A DNA stretch of 63,556 nucleotides, counting the filler, from Licmophora abbreviata (Eukaryota): NCBI GenBank assembly GCA_900291995.1. It is 16 parts of 16 records of this genome, joined end to end, with 100 filler letters (N's around TTAATTAATTAA, not from the genome) between each part and the next. Parts side by side here need not be neighbours in the genome. Positions count along the whole stretch, not along the records: positions 10,643 to 24,297 come from OLMU01002675.1; 15 more parts are not named here. One strand, given 5' to 3'. Under the pieces are notes generated by a model. It saw nothing but the letters and a program-made list of their open reading frames with translations, was not told where the DNA came from and did not search any database. How positions within the stretch are numbered: the first letter of the stretch is position 1; every line of letters starts with the position of its first letter. The position numbers and the translations under genes are program-made. Of this stretch, positions 11,539-21,030 are shown in pieces.

Positions 11539-12866
11539 TTGCAAAGCGGCAGGTCACAGCAGTACCACGATCAGCGCATCCAGCAGTCAGTACGAAGTGA
11601 TCCAACGGACAGTTTACCGCACGTACAACATCATTACAGCTCACAGAGGATCGATCCTCGTCAACTGTGCTACCAACACGCAGTGACCCGTCCTGCAGCA
11701 CCATACATTCCTTCTCCATACGCTGGAGATGGTCTCAGTCACTTCGGACATCCGCCGGACCCTCGGCCACACCATGTTGCTGCTCCGCCGAGCCAGCAGT
11801 GGGAACAGACGCGACCAGAATATCTCCCTCCTGACTATTGCCAACATGGTGGACATACAGAGATCTCGCATCGTCCGATGCAAGTGCGCGGAGCGCTGCC
11901 GATGACGACTCCGATTCAATACGTCCCCGCGGAAGTGCACAGCAATCACAATGGACCAGTGGGAGACCTGCCGTCGCTGACACCGTTTCAGCAATACCTT
12001 CGATCTCCCGCACGACAGCTCTTCGTTGATCCTTTGCAAAATCAAGATGCGACCGCTTACGTTCTTCCCAGACATCTACCCTCCGCACCGCATCATTCAT
12101 CACTTTCGCTTCGTTACGGCCGATGCCAGAACAGTATGCCATTGCTTCCGCACCACCACGGGATCCAGACCATGACTTGCTGCAGATCCAACATGGATCA
12201 TCAGCCGTCGACCGAGGATTGAAACTGCCTGCAAGACGAAAGGCGGCCCCGCCTCAGTCGTCGTTTCCGATTTTTGAGAGACAAGGCTTGCTGCGACAGC
12301 ATTCAGCGGCATCACCTTCGGTTCTGTCGCGTGGCTCTCCTATAAATCGCAAGCGGCTGTTTGAGTCCGTTGGAAACGGATGGGATAGCAACAGGGGCCA
12401 TTCATTCGGACACGATGGCAATGAAACGAGCAGCGTTCAGCAGCAAAAGAAAGCCCGAATCGATAGAGGAGCTTTTGGCTATGCGAGTAGGGATGCCATT
12501 ACCTCATTCGGAAAAGACGACGGTCCTGTCAAACAAGATGCCGCCGGTGGTATTGCCAAGTTCCGGCGACCGACGACCAATAATGTTGCAAAATCTGCGC
12601 CGCCTTTTGCTCATGCTGACGACCTTGTCTCGCGAAGATATGATCGTCTGGCATCTGCAACAAGACACCATGCATTGAGCCACTTGCCGAACGAGCTACC
12701 AACGCCAGCCACTAATGGATCAAGTATGCCCGCGCAGCGTCCGCCTTTCATAGATCGACGCGGTGAGCCTATTCGCTACTTCAAGGAGGGAATTGAAGTC
12801 GACATCACTGGCGTACCGCTTGGGAATCTTATAGATGTCACCGCTGGGGCTGTCGAGGGTTTCTGA
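11539..12866 (+). CDS. Hypothetical Pro/Gln/His-rich protein split over two frames; 5' exons unresolved
   Basis: Overlapping low-complexity ORFs 11539..12222 and 12123..12866 with similar composition. Ordered-looking C-terminus EPIRYFKEGIEVDITGVPL. Confidence 0.45.
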
Positions 12867-13292
12867 AGTGGGTGTGCTCGCCGGCGGTAACGAGGAACGC
12901 ATTTTGTGGGGGAGTCAGACGTGGAAGAAAATGTTATCTTGTGTAAACTCTTGTACTATTGGATACTCAATCAGGGGACTTGGATGTTTTACAGTGTGTA
13001 CCTCTCTTGTCTGCTCCAATGCCTCCCTCTAGACGCTATCAAGCTACGATTTAGACGCGGACGATATATGATGCCTTATAGTTTTACCGGTACGCCGAAA
13101 AACCATTTTTGGCCGAGGCGAACTCGCTCGTCAACGCGGTACCGCGAGAGCGTGGCGCGTCGAAAGATCTTTCGAACACACACTGCGCATCACACGGCGA
13201 CGCAGATCTCGTCAGTGTGATGCCATCACATATCACATAACATCGCCTATCATAGTCCCCAGGTTGCTCTTCATCTCACTGCCGCCTTCAAA

Positions 13293-14572
13293 ATGAGAGC
13301 TACGCTGCTCTTATTTTGTGTCACGCCCGTACTATGTTTTTCCCCTGTCGGCAGGCCTCAAACACTGAAGAAAGCCAATCCAAATCCATATCTATCTTTG
13401 TCGGCGCTCTCGGGCGATTCGTTGCAGCCTGATAGCGGTCCTGAAGTCATGCTCGCTCGAGAAGCCAATTCAGAAGTCGCGTTTGTTTGGGCTTTTCCTC
13501 CTGTCGCGGCATCCGTTTCGTTCTTGACCTACACGGACGTCTCGCATCTCTTTCGCGACGCCATAGACTTTGCCGCCAGAAATTCCTGGGCACCGGCAGA
13601 TGGAGGAAAGCTCATTGCACAGATTATCACCTCAGCTGTGAACGGACCTGTAATGACAACCATAAGTATCCTATTTGCTACTTTGGTTGCTATGACGAGT
13701 AAGTTGTGGGCCCACGTTCGCTGATTGGAGCGCCTCATATCTCACGATTTATGAGTGACGAAAGTGTACATCCGTTGCGATTCTAATGGAAATCTCGCCA
13801 GTCTCCACCCTTTATCAACGACAGGTGGAACTGCACAAGACGTTTTCAAGAGAAGTCACCGAACTGAGTCGTCTGAGTTTCCTCCTTGCTGCACTGCCAA
13901 ATCCGTATCGCCAAGAAGCGAAGACCATCATGGACGAGTACGCTCTTTACCTATACCGTTTCATTGACGAGAAAGAGGTGACTGTAGAGACAGTTCGAAA
14001 AAGTAGCACCGATGACTTGTTTCGACTCTTAACTCGCGTATCCAAGGCCACGCACGAGGATCCATCAGTCGCATCTTCGACTATAGTTAGCTACGCGTTC
14101 GACTCGGTGGTTCGAGTGGAAGACGAAAAGACGAACTTCATCACACTCCTTCAGTCCGTGTTTCCAACCATGCACTATGTGAACCTCGGCCTACTTGCGT
14201 TTTCAATCTGTACCGTCTACTTGCTGGAAACGGATCAAGATGGTAGGTTTCGGATAGAAACACAGAGCTCCTCTCCACACGTTGCTGACGTCCTGCTCCT
14301 GTATTGCTATGCATAGTTATACTCTTTCTCGCTGCATTTCAATTGAAATTCCTCTGGGCCATTCTGACGGGTGTATTCGCTACGATTGCAACCATCATTG
14401 TTGACCTAAACAATCCATTTCGTGGCTCTTATTCGGTGAGAAGTAAAATAACGAGCTATATAGTCGTGATGCGAGTCCATGCTTCTCACACATTTTCATT
14501 CAGATCAACTTTTCGACCAGCGACGAGATGGAGACGATTCAGGAGTATCTCACAAGACCATGGGATGACTAG
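13293..14572 (+). CDS. Probable plastid-targeted membrane protein, DUF4239/bestrophin-like; 4 exons
   Basis: Signal ending VLC-FSP. TM segments VNGPVMTTISILFATLVAMT, HYVNLGLLAFSICTVYLLETDQ and FLWAILTGVFATIATIIVDLNNPFRGSYS. GT-AG introns at ~13698, ~14242 and ~14436. Last exon INFSTSDEMETIQEYLTRPWDD*. Confidence 0.7.
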
Positions 14573-14597
14573 TCCATCTAATTATTTTAGAGGAATG

Positions 14598-15782
14598 TTA
14601 TAATTTCCGCAAGACACACACGAGACGAAAGGCATTCTCGTCATCATTCACACGCACATCGTCCGCAAGCGCGCCGTACATAGCCGCCATCTCAAAGCCG
14701 CTAAGCTGTGCGAGTGCATCAATTTCTTGGGCAGTAAAGAGTCGCATAGGAACAACTTCTTTCACTCGCTGCTGCCCCTTAGCGATTTCCTTGTCATTCT
14801 CTCCCGTCAGTTCCATGGATACTGTGAATTGTCGTACTTGCGTTATAGGATCAAATACATCATCATCGTCTCCCCAAACGATTCGCAATTCTCCATATTC
14901 AGATCCCTCTTCATCCTGCAATGGCACTTCCCATCCGTTCCTAGTGCAGTCCACCATGGAAAAGGTCTCCCGTGGGTGCGGCAGCTCGATAATCATGGTA
15001 CTTCCCGATGGTGCAAGCGCCGCATGAGCAGAACGAAAACACGCCAGAACATCCTCGTTCGTCGTCATGTGCTGAAGACTCCCCAACAAGATCCAAGCCG
15101 AATCAAACTGGGTATCGGAAGGACGAAACTCTCGCATATCGGCGCACTTATAATGAAAAGAAGAGTCAAGGATATCATTGCCCAGTTCCTCTTTGGCCAG
15201 CTGCTGTCCGTAGTGAACCATTTCGATCGAACGATCGACGGCAGTAATCGACCGAACCTTCTTGTCGTCCAGAGACAGTGCTGTTAAAGAGTGTCGCGCG
15301 GGTCCCGCAGCCAGTTCTAATATATCGATCGGTCCTTCCCGAGGATCTGCACTATACATAGCATGGGCTGATAGTAAAAAGTCTACTTCTTCTTCGTAGT
15401 TTCGATAGCCAAAGGCGAGGTCGTAGAGAGCGGGTAGTGAGTAAATTCTGTTTCCATCAGCACCATCAGTGCTACTATCTGAAGCGCTCTTCTTCCCAAA
15501 GCCGTCTTTCTTTTGCTGTAGAGCTCGGGCACCGCGTCGGTTCGTGGCATATAGCGACGACGGATGCCAGTGTCCGATGGTGTTCGCAGCAGACGGTTGA
15601 TGATGTCTTCCGCCATCAGTCGGCGATACGGAAGCGATTCGAAACGATGACGCCATCTCTGTTGAGTTTAGTGCGACAAGACAGGCCAAAAGGATTGAAA
15701 ATAGTGGCCGCTTCATTCTGGATGGTCGCATGGGACTCTTCATCATGGGCGCCTCTCCTGTAATGGCATAGTGAAATAACAA
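14598..15782 (-). CDS. Class I SAM-dependent methyltransferase, probably plastid-targeted (true start likely a downstream Met)
   Basis: LYDLAFGYRNYEEEVDFL, motif I ILELAAGPARH, AVDRSIEMV, ADMREF, FDSAWILLGSLQH and IIELPHP. Hydrophobic signal followed by ASS-F. Confidence 0.85.
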   Translation of the reverse strand: MLFHYAITGEAPMMKSPMRPSRMKRPLFSILLACLVALNSTEMASSFRIASVSPTDGGRHHQPSAANTIGHWHPSSLYATNRRGARALQQKKDGFGKKSASDSSTDGADGNRIYSLPALYDLAFGYRNYEEEVDFLLSAHAMYSADPREGPIDILELAAGPARHSLTALSLDDKKVRSITAVDRSIEMVHYGQQLAKEELGNDILDSSFHYKCADMREFRPSDTQFDSAWILLGSLQHMTTNEDVLACFRSAHAALAPSGSTMIIELPHPRETFSMVDCTRNGWEVPLQDEEGSEYGELRIVWGDDDDVFDPITQVRQFTVSMELTGENDKEIAKGQQRVKEVVPMRLFTAQEIDALAQLSGFEMAAMYGALADDVRVNDDENAFRLVCVLRKL

Positions 15783-16264
15783 CGATGGGACATTTCATCG
15801 TCTTGTACACCCGTATCGCGTTGATGGATTTTGCAGCCCCCGCTGAAGATGAGTGGAGCTCGCGCGCACACACGCGCGCCTTTTGCGAGCGATTTGATTT
15901 CATCGCGCGCCGGCGTGTTGGCGCCAACCAACTTTGCGACGTACAGACCACAAAGTACGTCAGTCAACCAATTTTCATCCGGATTCTTCTCTCCGAAAAA
16001 TCGCGCCGACCTCATCGCGCAAAATCAAAACAAAGACGTCACACGAAACAGAAAATGGCGTGATGTCGTCGCGTCCAGTCGCAGTTTTCATTACAATCCA
16101 TAAGACAGTTGAATCTCGCTAGCGAACTAGACAGCTTGATCGCCCTTGAACATCCTGAAAGACTGTGTTTATACGGAGAGAGAAGCTGCAAAATCAATAT
16201 CGAAAGACTAAAAGGCAACAGAAAAAGTGGAACTTTGAACTAGTTCTGGGATCGAGGGGCGAAG

Positions 16265-18468
16265 ATGCAGTCTGCAAGGAGAAGACGAGTGCGGTCGGTG
16301 CATACGCTGCGGTTTTACGCGTCATTCGTAACACTTCTCTCCATGAATCTCCTAATGAGATGCCATGCCGACTGGATAGACCCAGACACGCCAAAACATG
16401 CGTACACGACGGAGCCTTTGGTACCCCGCGCCCCCAATTTTCATCCCCCCGACAAGACGGCAACCAGCAAGAAACACCATCACCGCGCTACAACTTCACC
16501 CGCTCCGACGATTTCCGTGGCACCGTCAAGTGCTCCTTCTATCTCCCCAACAGCAACACCTTCTATGTCTCCCGTAACATACGAACTGGTATTTTCTGAT
16601 GAGTTTAATACTCCCGATCGCAGTTTCGAAGATGGAGTCGATCCCAGATGGACTGCACTGGAAAAGAACGATTATACCAACGACGCGCTGCATTATTACG
16701 CGACGCAGAACGTCCGTACCAACGATGATGGGGAGCTGGTCATTCGTAGCGAAGCGGCTGACACTGATGTGATTGGATTCGACGATGTGAAGCGGAAAAA
16801 TACTCATGTCACGAAACACTTCCGGTCTGGGATGATACAGAGCTGGAACAAATTTTGCTTTACCGGTGGTATCATCGAAGCGGAGGTGCAGATGCCCGGG
16901 ACCGCGTTTGTCGGTGGGCTGTGGCCAGCCTTTTGGATGTTGGGCAACCTCGCGCGCCATACCTACGTCGGATCGTCGGAGCATATTTGGCCGTGGAGCT
17001 CTGTAAAGTGTACAGACAAGAGTCGTGATTCGCAGCTCATATCTGGATGCTTCAGCGCGGCGCATTATGGCCTCGCCCCCGGTGTCGGTCGGGGAGCACC
17101 TGAAGTGGACATCTTTGAAGTGCAACCGGGAAATGTCAAGGCCAACACGGGGCCCTTTCTCACATCTTCCGTTGGACAACCCTTTATGAGTGCGTCTTTT
17201 CAGGTTGCCCCAGGTCGTCCCGCAAACCGACCCGGGGGCGGATATTGGCCTGGCCCTGGACAATGGTACGAAGGGCTGAAGGGTGGCAACATGACAGCTC
17301 TGAATATTTACTTTTATGGAAACTACAATCACTTTCGCGGTGATTACAATCCGTCAAGTCAGACTACTGGAGTGACGCTATAAGCTACAATCGACAACTT
17401 GAAGACCGACATTTCAATGGGCGACATCGATATAGACTCGAGTGGCAGGTGCCAACAAAGCACCGTAATGGGTATCTTCATTGGTTCCTAGATGAAGAAC
17501 TAGTCTTGGCAATCGACGGAAAAGGATTGGCAAACGCGAGTCTTGGTATGTAGTATCGTTGCGTTGACTTGGTAGTGTTGGGTCATCAGTTTGCTCGTAT
17601 CTCTAACTGAGTGTGGCCCAACCTCCTATACGTTCTACTAGGCTCCGAAATATCTTCGGAACCTAGCTATATTCTCATGAACACTGCCATATCCTCACAG
17701 TGGGGGTTCCCAAAAGAGTGCCCTGCCAATTGTCCCTGCAAAAATTACGATTGTCGCTCATCCGAATGGCAGAGGAAGTGTGGCTTTTCCGAAGGCTTTT
17801 GTGATATGATGACCAAGTCGGAAGTCCCGCAATACAAGATCAATTGGGTACGAGTGTATCAGAATCCCAATGATGAAACGGAAAAGGTGGGGTGCTCCAC
17901 GCCGGAGCGACCAACCAGGAAATGGATTGAGGCCCACGAACCGCTATACAAGCAAACGACTGATGTACGTGATTGTCTTGGACAAGGCAACCGTTGGTGC
18001 TGGTGACTAGCCAGGTGAACGCAAACCTCATACATTCCATCTCTTCGTCCTCCTTTTCGTTCACAGGTCCACCCCTTGAAAGGCATACAGATCGGCCGAG
18101 GTCGGTGCATCCCAGGCGTTGAGGGGATCTCCCGTGAGGCTTGCGGTGGTCCCGAACGTGGGACGTGCACGGCTGGTAAGGTGTGCGAATGCAACGAGGG
18201 ATGGGCAGGTCCACATTGCTTGGCGCATGATGGATATGATCCAATCGAATACGATGTTCCCGATAGTATTCTCGACATTGGGTTTCATGCGCCTGCTGTG
18301 GCACCGGTGGCGCTGTTGGTTGGATTCTGTCTACTGGCCGTCATGATACTGGCGACGCTTGTATGGAGAAGTCACTTTGATGGCTGGAAACCAATACCCG
18401 ACATCACATACAAGTATGAGCGCATCGACGACATTGACGCCGATCAACGCGGGCCAGTGTACGAATAA
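16265..18468 (+). CDS. GH16 KRE6/SKN1-type beta-glucan transglycosylase (diatom TGS-like) with EGF-like and C-terminal TM segments; frameshift at ~17351, introns ~17546..17641 and ~17965..18066
   Basis: Signal peptide, WIDPDTP, YELVFSDEFN, RSGMIQSWNKFCFTGG, GLWPAFWMLGNLAR, catalytic GRGAPEVDIFE, YRLEW, EPSYILMNTAIS, VRVYQ, CECNEGWAGPHC and a TM helix. Confidence 0.92.
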
Positions 18469-18558
18469 GTAAATCCGCTACGAGCTATGAAGAGCATGCT
18501 GAGTGTATTGTGTGATGGGTTAGATACAGAAATACCAGTACAGTAAAACGGTTCACAA

Positions 18559-19365
18559 TCATAGCTCCTCTCCAAGACCGAGGTTTCCAAGCTGTTGCTT
18601 GAACGTATCCTTCCACTTCTGAGGGTCCCGCATGATATCCTGGAATTCAGAATCTTCAAAGATGGACTCAAAGAGTGGATTCTTGGCCAGCTTGGGGTTC
18701 GACAAGAGCTCCAGTCGCGCCTCTTCAAGTTTGACATCGTCGGTCATGCCCTGCTCGATGAGTTTGTTAAACTCGAGTAAGGCTGGATCGCTCATACCCT
18801 TCATGGTGTCCGTGACAGTCCCCATCATATCAGGATCGTTGAATACACCCTGCATTTGGGAAAAGGCTTCGCGCATGGACTTTTCAAAAAACTCTGGATC
18901 TTCCTTGTACTGCTGTAATACATCGTCGGGGACCATTCCTGACGTTTCGAGAGTGGCCATGAGTTCTTCCTTGTTGCCCATGACTTTTTCAATCATGTCG
19001 CCCGAGGTGAGCATGGCCATGGCATCTTGCATCTGTTGCGCCAGTGCCTCCGGGTCCATATCGGCCAGCTGTTCCATGAACTCGCCCATGTTCTCGTGCA
19101 TGCCTGCCATCTTTTCTTGCATTTCCGCCGAGCCCATGTTTTGTTTCAACCAGTCTTGCATACTGGCCTTGTCCAAGCCCAACTTGGGACCGCCGTCCCG
19201 ACCGGCATATCCGCCACCGAGCTTTTCGGCTTGTTCCTTGAGGTCCTCGAAGGTCGTTCCTTCTAATTTGTTCTTTCCTAGACCAAACTGAGCCAGTGTG
19301 AGTGGTGCAGTCGTAAGTAAGACGAGGCATGAAAGCCCAAAGACGCGAATAAGACGGCACATCAT
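18559..19365 (-). CDS. Signal-peptide, Met-rich helical (STI1/DP-repeat-like) protein ending in ER-retention-like GEEL
   Basis: Hydrophobic N-terminus (TLA-QF), repeated DPE/DPD/DPA/DPQ motifs in Met-rich helices, C-terminal -GEEL. Confidence 0.7.
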   Translation of the reverse strand: MMCRLIRVFGLSCLVLLTTAPLTLAQFGLGKNKLEGTTFEDLKEQAEKLGGGYAGRDGGPKLGLDKASMQDWLKQNMGSAEMQEKMAGMHENMGEFMEQLADMDPEALAQQMQDAMAMLTSGDMIEKVMGNKEELMATLETSGMVPDDVLQQYKEDPEFFEKSMREAFSQMQGVFNDPDMMGTVTDTMKGMSDPALLEFNKLIEQGMTDDVKLEEARLELLSNPKLAKNPLFESIFEDSEFQDIMRDPQKWKDTFKQQLGNLGLGEEL

Positions 19366-19604
19366 GGCAGTATACTAAGCTGGGTCGCGTTGATTGCGGC
19401 GTGGATGAAATTTGTGAGCGGGTTATGAAAAAGAGATTGATTGGTGGCAATTTTAGTAGGCTGTCGTGAGATGCGTACTGCCGTCTACGTGGTCCGATCC
19501 ACGTGGAGTGCTGTGGTGTGACTGACTCAGTGCGTCCGTCGTCAGGTGAAATTTGAAACGAAAAAAGTTGAAAAAATGAAGATAGGCGCCGCCGCCGCAT
19601 CATT

Positions 19605-20645
19605 ATGACGACGATGATGGCAACAAAGAAGAAGAAGAAGAAGCAGCAGCACTATCACTCGTCCTTTCGGACAGCTCTTCTACTCTTCCTGGGTCTTTGG
19701 TTTGCACCTCCTAAATCCAATGGCTTTGTAATAAGATCACGAATTGTAAGACTCTCCAGGAATCCTCGCGTATCGGGAATTGCTCACGCATCCAAAACAT
19801 CACCCAGGTCAGTCTCGACCAAACCCGAATCCGAAGATGAGTCCTCCTCCACGAGTTCCACCACACCATCATCATCATCGATCCCACTGGAAGCGGTTCG
19901 ATTACGGAACAAATTGTTGGAGCTCGGCGTCTCGACGAATCGCGGGTTTCAATCGACCCGCGAGGAGAAACGACGTGCTCGGGACTTGATTGACGAGTTG
20001 GCGCGTTTCAATCCAAGCAATACGGAACCACTGGCACCGTACTACAAAGCGGATACTGCTACTACTACTTCCTTTGTCCCTCACCACACGCTGACGGGAA
20101 AATGGACGTTGGTCTATACGGACGCACCGGATATTACGGGGTTAGATACAAGTAGAGTTGGACAACCATCACTGCCTCCTCTTGCCGAACTGGGACGGAT
20201 AGGACAAGACTGTGTGGTGCCTCCCACAATAAAGAATGTCATTGAGTGGAGACGACCTTCCTGGGCCGCAGTGTTGCCATTTTCGGGATCGGAAGACTCG
20301 CGCATCTTGCAAAAGGTGGTGGTCGAAGGGACTGCATCGCCCGACAAGCCCTTTACTATGAATCTGAAGCTGTTAGGAATCGAAGTGACCTCCGCCGGCA
20401 AGAATAGAGTTGATAGTAGTGGTAGCAAGGCGTCGCTGCGGGATGCATTGCAACAGGATGGACTGCCAGTGGCATGGCTGGAACGAAACCCTGTGGAACT
20501 TGGTCGTGGACCGTCATTGACACCATCGCTTCCATTTGGAGAATATGAACTTTTGTATCTAGATGACACAATGCGCATCATCCAGACGGGACAGAACTTT
20601 GTAGCCGTCAACCTTCGTGATTCGGACGGTGATGCGTGGTTTTAG
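19605..20645 (+). CDS. Plastid lipid-associated protein (PAP/fibrillin)
   Basis: Signal ending SNG-FVI. STNRGF...RDLIDELARFNP, LTGKWTLVYTDAPDI and C-terminal YLDDTMRIIQTG. Confidence 0.88.
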   Translation: MTTMMATKKKKKKQQHYHSSFRTALLLFLGLWFAPPKSNGFVIRSRIVRLSRNPRVSGIAHASKTSPRSVSTKPESEDESSSTSSTTPSSSSIPLEAVRLRNKLLELGVSTNRGFQSTREEKRRARDLIDELARFNPSNTEPLAPYYKADTATTTSFVPHHTLTGKWTLVYTDAPDITGLDTSRVGQPSLPPLAELGRIGQDCVVPPTIKNVIEWRRPSWAAVLPFSGSEDSRILQKVVVEGTASPDKPFTMNLKLLGIEVTSAGKNRVDSSGSKASLRDALQQDGLPVAWLERNPVELGRGPSLTPSLPFGEYELLYLDDTMRIIQTGQNFVAVNLRDSDGDAWF

Positions 20646-21030
20646 AATGAATGATGAATCTAATACAGAACAAGTTTGGTATTTGTCTAGACAGGATGTA
20701 GCCTCAATCTTGTAGTACCCCCTCAGCATGCATACGGCCTTTCTGCAGTGTTGACAAGAAGACTCCAAATAAGGAATCGTGCGTCAAATGGACGAGCCTT
20801 GTAGCCTCGCCTCGATGGATGATGTTTGCCTTCCTAGTCAATAACCCGACCTGTTGTTTTCTCTCCCGTGGTGCGGTCCGGCAAGAAGTCAAAGATTCGC
20901 AGCGTCTGTTCTGCTGCCGTTTCAACGTAGGCTGTACGTAGAATCCCATACAAATCCTAACAACCACGAGGGATGTGCGTCCTTCGCGTTTCAGCCGCAC
21001 AAAAAAAGTTTGTTCGATGCCACGACCATC

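Noticed and set aside
16526..17332. 268-aa minus-strand ORF, and similar long antisense ORFs at 18632, 24676 and 61415
   Set aside because: Shadows of well-supported genes on the opposite strand.
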